Notes: a model not told the origin generated them from the letters alone. DNA of 19,202 nt from Candidatus Micrarchaeota archaeon (GCA_018304385.1 JAGVWJ010000050.1:1-19202), one strand, 5' to 3'. Positions 7,452 through 14,952 are shown, numbered from the stretch's first letter. Made by a program: numbers and translations.

Positions 7452-8326
7452 ACTAATTTCCCATCCTTTACTATCTGTCTTCCTTTATGAAATATGTTGC
7501 CACCTTCAATGTGGTCTGGCAGGGATCCATAATTTCCTTCTATTGATATCGTTCCGCCATACATGGAATATCCAAAGCCCTCATTTATATCGCCTTTGAC
7601 TATTATTTCCCCACCTCGCATTTCCACCCCAAGTTCGCTTCCTGCATTTCCATTAACAACAATCCTGCCGCCATGCATACCTGCGCCTGCGCTCGAACCA
7701 ACATTCTTTTCTATAACTATTTCCCCTCCTTCCATACCCTCTCCAATCCAATCTCCAGCATTCCCTGTAACTAAAATTCTTCCGCCTTGCATAAGCTGGC
7801 CCAGAAAATCACCAGCATCTCCAGAGATTAAAAGATATTTAGCATTAAGTGTACCAAGGCTATCTGGGGATGAATCGAGATGGTTAGTGCTTAAAGTAAA
7901 TTTACTGCTCTTTGCGGCGTTTATTAAAGCGCTAAGGAATGCGCCAAGAAGAAATTTATTGTCTTCAAGCTTTCTGATATCTAATAATTCTTGAAAGTCC
8001 CTTAAACAAAAAAGTTCTATTAATTTCGTTGGGTATGATATATCTCCTACAACTGCCGAGGCAATTCTATAAAGTACCAATTCAGGGTGATCAATGCTTA
8101 CTCCTGCACCTCTATTTTTATCTTTATTCATAGCTTTAAATATAGAAAGATATCTATCCCAAACCTTCACTAATCTGGCTAATTCTTTGTTTTCTCTCAC
8201 AGTGGCAGTTCTAATTGACTGGTAAGTTTCTCTTTTATATCTACCAAAATAATCTGCAGCAGCCGAGCTAGTCTCGGGTCTCGTGTTATGTGCCCTGTGC
8301 TCTGTAACTTGCGTTATCCTCCTCAT
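7448..8326 (-). CDS. GXGXG (GltB-C/FwdC-like) beta-helix protein, paralog 3
   Basis: GAFLSALIN and regular 19-aa repeats (GGRILVTGNAGDWIGEGME, GGEIVIEKNVGSSAGAGMH, GGRIVVNGNAGSELGVEMR, GGEIIVKGDINEGFGYSMY). A TTTTAAAA box at 8350-8357 lies upstream. Confidence 0.9.
   Translation of the reverse strand: MRRITQVTEHRAHNTRPETSSAAADYFGRYKRETYQSIRTATVRENKELARLVKVWDRYLSIFKAMNKDKNRGAGVSIDHPELVLYRIASAVVGDISYPTKLIELFCLRDFQELLDIRKLEDNKFLLGAFLSALINAAKSSKFTLSTNHLDSSPDSLGTLNAKYLLISGDAGDFLGQLMQGGRILVTGNAGDWIGEGMEGGEIVIEKNVGSSAGAGMHGGRIVVNGNAGSELGVEMRGGEIIVKGDINEGFGYSMYGGTISIEGNYGSLPDHIEGGNIFHKGRQIVKDGKLV
8279..8306 (-). repeat. Degenerate heptamer repeats (tctcgtg, ttatgtg, ccctgtg, ctctgta) in the paralog 3 leader
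   Basis: 7-nt periodic TGTG-type units that encode TEHRAHNTR. Confidence 0.5.
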
Positions 8327-8437
8327 ACTAAATATATTGGTAAATAGTGTTTTAAAACGTATCGTACGAAGGAAACTAACATTTAAAAAAGGTTTTCCCC
8401 AATAGATTCTTTACTAATTTAACCATTAGAAATAAAC

Positions 8438-8493
8438 ATGTCAAAATGTTTGCCATTTTGACAGCTAGTGAATTCCTAAGGAATTCGCTGGAT
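8438..8493 (+). repeat. Double-hairpin dispersed element, copy 1 (REP/MITE-like or ncRNA)
   Basis: tgtcaaaatg-tttgc-cattttgaca, one G, then ctagtgaattcc-taa-ggaattcgctgg. A near-identical inverted copy lies at 14691..14745. Confidence 0.85.
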
Positions 8494-8538
8494 GTCAAAG
8501 TTTTGAATAAAATTTTCGATCAGAGATGGTGATGTAAA

Positions 8539-8859
8539 ATGCAATTAATGTTAGCGCTCTCAAGATTAACTGGAAAGCAGCCTCTCCCAGTGAGACTTCC
8601 AAAAGGTCGATCTGCAGATCTAATATTAGCTGGAATAGCTAGAGAAGTTGATAGAGCATCTCGCAGCGGACCTTTAATTGATGGCATTGATTCCGGATTG
8701 ATTGAAGTTGCTTTAAGCAACGATCTTAAAGATCCGAAAACAAGGGAAACAGCAAGAAAACAACTCGTTAGACTAGCAGAAGCAGATATTTTAGCAGGCA
8801 AATGCGTTCGTCCTTTTTTAGAACGAATGATGAGAGAGCAGGGCATTCAAATTTTATAA
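8539..8859 (+). CDS. Hypothetical protein (106 aa, predicted helical)
   Basis: GGTGA RBS 6 nt upstream. Normal composition, in contrast to the Ser-rich antisense shadow ORF. Confidence 0.7.
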   Translation: MQLMLALSRLTGKQPLPVRLPKGRSADLILAGIAREVDRASRSGPLIDGIDSGLIEVALSNDLKDPKTRETARKQLVRLAEADILAGKCVRPFLERMMREQGIQIL

Positions 8860-8880
8860 AAAAGAAAAAAAGAAAAAAGG
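8858..8880 (-). terminator. Oligo-T tract downstream of glnA (archaeal-type terminator)
   Basis: The minus strand reads ccttttttctttttttctttttt about 35 nt after the glnA stop, between convergent genes. Confidence 0.55.
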
Positions 8881-8915
8881 GCTCATTGCTCATGGCCCAA
8901 AGCTCATTGCTTCGC
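8881..8915 (+). repeat. Heptamer array gctcatt-gctcatg-gcccaaa-gctcatt-gcttcgc
   Basis: Five 7-nt units abutting the glnA stop codon. Confidence 0.8.
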
Positions 8916-10331
8916 TTACACATCATGGTATAAATAAAATTCCCATGGATGCGGCCTTAGATTAACCTGGTTAATTTCATCCCTCTTTCGCTCTACCCAG
9001 ATTTCAATGAAATCCTTTGTGAAAACCCCTCCTTCAAGCAAGAAGGCATGGTCTGCTTCTAACTCGCCTAATGCACTCTTTAGGCTGCCGGGCATTTTCT
9101 TTATTTTTGCAATTTTTTCCTTAGACATTTTATAAATATTCTCATTAACCGCTTCACCAGGATGGATTTTTCTTTTAATGCCATCCAAACCAGCCATAAG
9201 CATTGCTGAAAATGCAGTATAAGGGTTGCAGCTTGGGTCTGGAGGCCTGTACTCTATTCTTCTTGCCGCGGGTCCTGCACCTTCTGCAACTGGAATTCTT
9301 ACTGCTGCACTTCTATTTCTGTAGCTATAAGCAAGATTAACTGGCGCTTCAAAACCAGGAACCAAACGCTTATAGGAATTAGTTGTCGGATTTAGTATTG
9401 CTGCTAATGCGCGTGCATGTGTAAGCAGTCCTCCAATATAATAGAGTGCAGTTTCGCTCAAACCACCATAGACTTCGCCTGCGAAAAGGTTATTTCCGTC
9501 TTTCCATATGCTTTGATGCGTATGCATGCCGCTTCCATTATCATTAAAGAGCGGCTTTGGCATAAATGTTGCAACTTTTCCATGCTTCTTTGCAGTATTT
9601 TTTACAACATATTTATAGATCTGCATGTTGTCTGCGGACTTCACTAAAGTATCGTATTTTATGCCTATCTCACATTGACCAGCAGTAGCAACTTCATGGT
9701 GATGTTTTTCAATAGTGATGCCGCACTTCATCATTGTAAGAATAGCATCACTTCGAACTTCATGAACTGCGTCATGTGGTAAAACAGGAAAATAACCTTC
9801 CTTGTGCCTTGGTTTGTAAGCAAGATTTCCAGTGCCATTGGTGCTTACTTTTCCTGAGTTCCATATTCCTTCTTCTGAATCAATAAAATAATATCCAGAA
9901 TGTTCATTTTGAGAGTATCTTAAATCATCAAATATGAAAAACTCTGCTTCAGGGCCAAAATATGCAGTGTCTCCTATGCCGCTTGAGTTAAGATATGCCT
10001 CTGCTTTTTTTGCTATTGTTCTTGGGTCTCTTGGGTAAGCTTCTTTTTTTATTGGATCATATACGTCGCATGTAACGCTTATACTTCTGCTTGAGAATGG
10101 ATCAACAAATGTCGTTGAGTAATCAGGTATAAGGTACATATCACTTTCATCTATTTCCTGAAAACCTCTTATGCTTGAACCATCGAATGGTAACGCATCC
10201 TTTTCATTAAACTCAAGCATGCTTAATGGCATGGTAAAATGCTGCCACTGGCCATGCATGTCTACAAATTTTACATCTACCAATTCCAATTTTTCTTTTT
10301 CAGCTAATTGCTTCGCACCTTTTCCATCCAT
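8916..10331 (-). CDS. glnA: Glutamine synthetase type I (GSI-beta-like); start moved to ATG 10331
   Basis: FDGSSIRGF, GPEAEFF, HHHEVATAGQCEI, TFMPKP, GSGMHTHQS, YKRLVPGFEAP, RIEYRPPDPSCNPY. A GGGGTG RBS precedes ATG 10331, and the 20 extra codons in the ORF track have no GS similarity. Confidence 0.97.
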   Translation of the reverse strand: MDGKGAKQLAEKEKLELVDVKFVDMHGQWQHFTMPLSMLEFNEKDALPFDGSSIRGFQEIDESDMYLIPDYSTTFVDPFSSRSISVTCDVYDPIKKEAYPRDPRTIAKKAEAYLNSSGIGDTAYFGPEAEFFIFDDLRYSQNEHSGYYFIDSEEGIWNSGKVSTNGTGNLAYKPRHKEGYFPVLPHDAVHEVRSDAILTMMKCGITIEKHHHEVATAGQCEIGIKYDTLVKSADNMQIYKYVVKNTAKKHGKVATFMPKPLFNDNGSGMHTHQSIWKDGNNLFAGEVYGGLSETALYYIGGLLTHARALAAILNPTTNSYKRLVPGFEAPVNLAYSYRNRSAAVRIPVAEGAGPAARRIEYRPPDPSCNPYTAFSAMLMAGLDGIKRKIHPGEAVNENIYKMSKEKIAKIKKMPGSLKSALGELEADHAFLLEGGVFTKDFIEIWVERKRDEINQVNLRPHPWEFYLYHDV

Positions 10332-10516
10332 ACTCAATCCACCCCTTAAAGTAATTAATTTAATTGTTTGTTTATTACATTGCAAATTCAAAACATTTAT
10401 TTATTAAATATGAGAAGTACAAGCCATATATAAACATTTCATTAAACATACCAAACAAAAATACACAATATTTATAAATTTTCTTAACAAATGTTTACTA
10501 TAAGAGGGAATAAACC

Positions 10517-10981
10517 ATGAAAAGTAAACATTTGAAATTAGATCAAATAGACAGGGAAATTTTAAAAGAGTTGCGGTTGAATTGCAGGCGCAGCTACCGG
10601 GAGCTTGCAAAGGCCATAAGCATAAGCCCTGCTGCACTAATTGAGAGAATGAAGCAATTGGAAAAAGAAGAGTATATTCTAGGTTATACTGCAAATATAA
10701 ATTTCCTAAAATTAGGATATGAATTCATGGGTGTTGTGCAGATAAGCATATCACATGGTGCCTTGTTAGATGTGCAAGAAAAAATAAGCAAATTGCCAGG
10801 GGTTGCAGCAGTTTATGATATTACTGGTGCGTATGATTCTGAGGCACTTGTAATGTGTAAATCCCGTGCCGAGCTTAGTGCATTAATTAAAAAAATATTA
10901 AAGATACCAAATGTAGAAAAAACCAATACAAATATGGTCCTAAACGTTATGAAGGATATCTATCAGTTTGAAGGTGTATAA
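10517..10981 (+). CDS. Lrp/AsnC-family (FFRP) transcriptional regulator
   Basis: LDQIDREIL..L..N.R.SY.ELA N-terminal HTH, RMKQLEKEEYILGY, and C-terminal RAM domain with YDITGAYD. Divergent from glnA. Confidence 0.93.
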   Translation: MKSKHLKLDQIDREILKELRLNCRRSYRELAKAISISPAALIERMKQLEKEEYILGYTANINFLKLGYEFMGVVQISISHGALLDVQEKISKLPGVAAVYDITGAYDSEALVMCKSRAELSALIKKILKIPNVEKTNTNMVLNVMKDIYQFEGV

Positions 10982-12673
10982 CTAGGGCAAAGGGGTATAT
11001 TCAGCCAAGTATTTAGATAATAAAACTGCTGTTTGAACTTCACTACATCTTGATAGCATACTTGTGGCAAAACGAGCTGATAACTGCACCCGTGGGTCAT
11101 ACACGGCCTCTAATTCATCTAAGTTATTAAGAGGTCTATCTAATCTGTAATCTGGTTTATTTGGTACTGTTATTGCACCACTTGTGATATCTATACCCGC
11201 CTTTACTAATAAATCGGCAACTAGTCTATTGCTTGGAATACCAATTCGTCCACGATACATCTGTCTTCCAGTAGTAGATCGAACAACAAGGTCAACTACA
11301 CTTAATTTAAAAGATGGTACTAATAATTTTGCAACAACGTCATCTCTACCAGTTTTTAATGCATCCATCATTTGCGCCCATACTGTGTTAAAAACCCTTA
11401 GGGCGTCTGTGCCGCCATATGTTTCTGCATTATAAACAAAATGTGCAGCACCACCACGTCTCGCCCAAAAATCACTTTCCTCTGTGTTTATCTGAATTTC
11501 AAAGTTGACAAATTCTCCGCGTGGTATGATGAAATCTAGATGGATAGATGAATATCCATTTGCTTTTTTGATTTTAAAGTAATCTTGCACTTCTAATCGC
11601 GTACCATATCCCTTAAGTGACATATCTAGCGTATCTTGATCCGGAGTAAGATCTTTTAACGAGGTTTTAGCATATATCTCATCCTCAACAAACGATTTAA
11701 TTCTGTATACCAATGCTAATTTTTCCTCTTCTGTTAGTTTTTTGCCACGTGGATCTTTTATGATTACCTTGAATGCTAATAAATCATGTAAATCACGAAC
11801 TGAAAAATCTGGTCTTCCGCCATTATGCGGGCTTTGGTGATATCTTACCTTTTCCACGATCTTACCCATGCTCTTTTCCGTTCTAAATATTATATCTACT
11901 TTTATGTCTTCTTGTTCACAGAATTCATCTATTTTTTTTGCTATGCCATGTGCTAGGACTGCAGTGCTGCTATGATGAGCTTGAAGTTCATTTAATTGAC
12001 TTACTACGTCACTAAAACTATCTCTAAATAGCGTTATGGCTGCGACCTCTAATATCTCACCAGATAGCTTACGATATCCTAGAAAATCTGCAAGTGGTGC
12101 ATACAAGAGGCGACCTATACGCGCAATCTTTCTTTGTTCTTGATGTGCTGTCATTTTTGAATCAAAAAGTGCGCTATGTTTTCCTTTATCAACTTGTCTG
12201 CGCCATTCAGGATCGTGGTATTCCCCAATATCTGCTAACCTTGCGAGCAATGCTTCAGGAGGCCTATTTAAAATGGCAGCATACATACTAAGAGGCGCTG
12301 CCTCTAAATCTAAATCCCTAAGTTCGCCTAATACCTTAAGCTGGCGACGAATTTTCTCATATTTTCTAACTGCCTGTGGAAGATGCCTATTGACGCGTGA
12401 TAACGCTCTCTGGTCAAGCTGATGACAACCTATCTCATATAGTAGACGCTCATTTATTTCTGGTGGTTTTGAATTGGTTTCAAAACGGTCTGGTTCAATT
12501 ATTCTGTTTCTTAATGCTACTGATAGCACACGCTCAACATGATCATTTAAGTCATTGGCACCTAGGGAAGAAAATAATCTTCTGAATGCAACTAACCCTC
12601 TATCTAATCTGCTGAAACCAGTAGGTGGTTGTACTCGAATGGTTGGCATAGGTGGTTCCAGATGTATTGCCAT
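10982..12673 (-). CDS. RelA/SpoT homolog (degenerate HD domain + (p)ppGpp synthetase domain + TGS-like region); start moved to ATG 12673
   Basis: YAPLADFLG, DLHDLLAFKVI, DY..KANGYSSIH, EIQINT and GGAAHFVY match RSH synthetase motifs. GGGAG RBS and TTTATAAA (12696-12703) lie upstream of ATG 12673. The track's extra 46 codons run through repeat DNA. Confidence 0.85.
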   Translation of the reverse strand: MAIHLEPPMPTIRVQPPTGFSRLDRGLVAFRRLFSSLGANDLNDHVERVLSVALRNRIIEPDRFETNSKPPEINERLLYEIGCHQLDQRALSRVNRHLPQAVRKYEKIRRQLKVLGELRDLDLEAAPLSMYAAILNRPPEALLARLADIGEYHDPEWRRQVDKGKHSALFDSKMTAHQEQRKIARIGRLLYAPLADFLGYRKLSGEILEVAAITLFRDSFSDVVSQLNELQAHHSSTAVLAHGIAKKIDEFCEQEDIKVDIIFRTEKSMGKIVEKVRYHQSPHNGGRPDFSVRDLHDLLAFKVIIKDPRGKKLTEEEKLALVYRIKSFVEDEIYAKTSLKDLTPDQDTLDMSLKGYGTRLEVQDYFKIKKANGYSSIHLDFIIPRGEFVNFEIQINTEESDFWARRGGAAHFVYNAETYGGTDALRVFNTVWAQMMDALKTGRDDVVAKLLVPSFKLSVVDLVVRSTTGRQMYRGRIGIPSNRLVADLLVKAGIDITSGAITVPNKPDYRLDRPLNNLDELEAVYDPRVQLSARFATSMLSRCSEVQTAVLLSKYLAEYTPLP

Positions 12674-12695
12674 ATTATATATCTCCCTATAACAT

Positions 12696-12703
12696 TTTAT
12701 AAA
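12696..12703 (-). promoter_or_regulatory. TATA box for the RelA/SpoT-like gene
   Basis: TTTATAAA lies 23 nt from the ATG at 12673. Confidence 0.55.
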
Positions 12704-12765
12704 TATATCTAAAGTTAGACAAATGGCGAAGTTTAAATTTAAATAGGAGTGTAACATGCTGCTGC

Positions 12766-12833
12766 CATGAGCAATCAGCAATGGGCAGTGAGCAAACGAA
12801 ACGTGGCTCAATGCTCACAGCTCATTGCTATTT
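12766..12833. repeat. Head-to-head heptamer arrays (4 + 4 GCTCAYT-type units) forming an imperfect long hairpin
   Basis: catgagc-aatcagc-aatgggc-agtgagc, 12-nt spacer, then gctcaat-gctcaca-gctcatt-gctattt. Overlaps the fni stop codon. Confidence 0.8.
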
Positions 12834-13897
12834 CTAAATACTATTTTCGCCTTCTTTAGCTGCTCGTAATTCTTGCTGCCAGTTAGAAATGCGCATGTTT
12901 TCATTTGAGTAATCCATTGTTCTATAAGTTTATCAAGACTCTGGACTGAATCGAGAACTCGCATCGAGTTCGAGAGATTTGTCCGAAGGACAAACTGAGA
13001 CTCAAGACTTTTAATAAAGGGATAAGCAGCTCCAGCAATATCGCAACCAAGCGCAATGCATTTCGCTGCATCAATACCATTACGCACGCCTCCACTACCA
13101 ATAAGCGGGAGAACCCCTCTACACATTAAAATAGCTGCAACAGTTGGTATACCCCAGTTTTCAAATCCAGGTGTAAAACCCTTTCGTTCGTATTCTACTT
13201 TGCTCCAGCTTGTACCGCCAGCACCGCTTACATCAATATATTTAACTCCAATATCACGCAGCTTAAGTGCAACATCGCTGCTAATACCTGCTCCAGTTTC
13301 TTTTACAATAACTGGCACGCTTAATTGTTCGCAAGCCTGCTTTATTGCGCTAAGTACACCAGTAAAATCACGATCACCTTCTGGCTGAATGATTTCTTGT
13401 AATGCGTTTAAGTGTACTGCAAGTGCGTCTGCTTCAATGCTAGACACAAGACTCGAGACCTTCTCGACCCCGTATTTGCGTAACTGTACGCCACCAATAT
13501 TCGCAAGCAGCGGAATGTTTGGTGCAACATCTCGTACATAATAAGTTTTTTTCAATTCAGCATTTTCAATCATTGCCCTTTGCGAGCCAACACCAAATGC
13601 TAATTTATATTTTTCAGCTGCAGCTGCGAGCGAACGATTTATTCTTTCAGCATCCTTATACCCACCAGTCATGCCTGTTATCAAAAGCGGCGCATCAAGC
13701 CTTTTTCCTAAAAATTTGCAAGATAAATCTATCTTATTAAAATCGCATTCTGGCAATGCGCAATGCAAGAGATCTATCTCTTCAAAGCCTGCACCTTTCG
13801 CATATTGGACATCTTTTTTCAGCACAATGTCTACATGATCTTTCTTGCGGGATTCTGTTTGCCTTGCAGCTTTTGGGTTTTTTGGCATATTAATCAT
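12815..13897 (-). CDS. fni: Type 2 isopentenyl-diphosphate delta-isomerase (FMN-dependent)
   Basis: RKKDH, ITGMTGG, GVGSQR, HLNALQE, VKETGAG, DVSGAGGTSW, GGVRNGID. Confidence 0.96.
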   Translation of the reverse strand: MINMPKNPKAARQTESRKKDHVDIVLKKDVQYAKGAGFEEIDLLHCALPECDFNKIDLSCKFLGKRLDAPLLITGMTGGYKDAERINRSLAAAAEKYKLAFGVGSQRAMIENAELKKTYYVRDVAPNIPLLANIGGVQLRKYGVEKVSSLVSSIEADALAVHLNALQEIIQPEGDRDFTGVLSAIKQACEQLSVPVIVKETGAGISSDVALKLRDIGVKYIDVSGAGGTSWSKVEYERKGFTPGFENWGIPTVAAILMCRGVLPLIGSGGVRNGIDAAKCIALGCDIAGAAYPFIKSLESQFVLRTNLSNSMRVLDSVQSLDKLIEQWITQMKTCAFLTGSKNYEQLKKAKIVFRNSNEL

Positions 13898-14649
13898 CTA
13901 GCCAGCGGATACTTCTCAATATACATCTGTGTCTGAAGAATAAGCAAGAACGGACTGATAAATAAAAGATGAAGCGCAACGTAAATATATTGTGACAAAG
14001 GCTTTGGAATAATATTAGATTCTAAGAAAAACCAACCCAATATAGTAATAAGTGCAACTGCAAATAAAAGCCAGGTAAATATAAGCTTTGGCTTGCGGAG
14101 CGCCAATGTTATCGAACGCCTCATTGCACTAAATGTATCTTCATCATCTATAACTATTGCAGTTGGTGTGAAAAATAAAAAGTAGGAAAAAAGAAAAACA
14201 ATGCCTGGAAATAAAAATCTCTGCCCAGTTTTTTCAAATGTCGCTAGCTGTAGAACAAAAATAATCAAAAACATAATAACTAAGAATGCAGTAATAGAGA
14301 ATGCATATTTCCCTAAGCCAGTAAGAATCTCTGAGGTAGGATTAGTAAGCATTCTTTTGGATTTTATTAATAAATTTATGTTAACTATTGTCTCAGCAAA
14401 TATAAGTATTGCTGCTAGGTAGCCAACGACAATTACTATGATGTCAAAAGATGTTAATTCTGGCAAACTGCCTGTACGTAGATGCGGCGCGCCTAATGCA
14501 GAGTATGTTGGTGCTTGCACTGTTGCTAGTATGAACCACGCGACAATCATTGGAATGGAAAATGCAATTATATAAACTAGCTTAGAGCGATAAAAATTCC
14601 AAGAATAGCTGAATAATCTGTTAATGTCTGATTCTTTTGTTACTGGCAT
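13894..14649 (-). CDS. Multi-pass membrane protein, translationally coupled to fni
   Basis: About 6 hydrophobic segments and an AMRRSITL amphipathic linker. ATGA overlap with fni. Confidence 0.8.
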   Translation of the reverse strand: MPVTKESDINRLFSYSWNFYRSKLVYIIAFSIPMIVAWFILATVQAPTYSALGAPHLRTGSLPELTSFDIIVIVVGYLAAILIFAETIVNINLLIKSKRMLTNPTSEILTGLGKYAFSITAFLVIMFLIIFVLQLATFEKTGQRFLFPGIVFLFSYFLFFTPTAIVIDDEDTFSAMRRSITLALRKPKLIFTWLLFAVALITILGWFFLESNIIPKPLSQYIYVALHLLFISPFLLILQTQMYIEKYPLAR

Positions 14650-14690
14650 CTAGAAAACCTCTGTTTTGTATTGTAAGGCTAATTTTTTAA

Positions 14691-14745
14691 ATCCAGCGAA
14701 TTCCATGGGAATTCACTAGCTGTCAAATGTTTGGGCATTTGACAT
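14691..14745 (-). repeat. Double-hairpin dispersed element, copy 2
   Basis: atccagcgaattcc-atg-ggaattcactagc-tgtcaaatg-tttggg-catttgacat is the reverse complement of 8438..8493, except for the loops and one stem base pair. Confidence 0.85.
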
Positions 14746-14793
14746 TGATAACTCAAGTTTATTAATATATTATTAATATGTTATTGGATTAAA

Positions 14794-14952
14794 ATGGTCA
14801 AACAAGAAAAATATAAAGGAAACCAAATATACGCATGCGAGGTTTGCGGTTTTGGTTATAAAGAAAAAGACTATGCACAGCAATGCGAGGATTTTTGTAA
14901 TGCACATAGCGGTTGTTCTTTAGAGATTACGAAACATGCGGTAAAGCGATGA
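14794..14952 (+). CDS. Small Cys/His-rich zinc-finger-like protein (52 aa), missed by the ORF track
   Basis: MVKQEKYKGNQIYACEVCGFGYKEKDYAQQCEDFCNAHSGCSLEITKHAVKR: CxxC plus three more Cys and two His. AT-rich promoter upstream and T7 tract (14963-14969) downstream. Confidence 0.8.
   Translation: MVKQEKYKGNQIYACEVCGFGYKEKDYAQQCEDFCNAHSGCSLEITKHAVKR

Noticed and set aside
7563-7994. 143-aa Pro/Ser/Ile-rich plus-strand ORF, and similar antisense ORFs inside tnaA, trxB, glnA, fni and 14920..16140
   Set aside because: Antisense translation of well-supported genes. The periodicity only mirrors the GXGXG repeats.
5887-8326. Calling the paralogs fwdC/fmdC or gltB
   Set aside because: They have an extra N-terminal domain and no partner subunits in the window, so only the fold can be assigned.
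8520-8846. 108-aa minus-strand ORF
   Set aside because: Ser-rich antisense shadow of 8539..8859, which has the RBS.
10332-10391. ORF-track N-terminal extension of glnA (TTG at 10391)
   Set aside because: No GS similarity, and the RBS precedes the ATG at 10331.
10332-10516. GlnR/TnrA (TGTNA-N7-TNACA) or NtcA (GTA-N8-TAC) boxes upstream of glnA
   Set aside because: I looked by eye and found no correctly spaced match.
12674-12811. ORF-track N-terminal extension of the RSH gene
   Set aside because: It runs through the TATA box and the heptamer arrays. ATG 12673 has an RBS and correct promoter spacing.
14745-14749. TTGAT next to double-hairpin copy 2 as an IS200/IS605 target motif
   Set aside because: Absent at the equivalent position of copy 1 and expected by chance in AT-rich DNA. 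No transposase is in the window.
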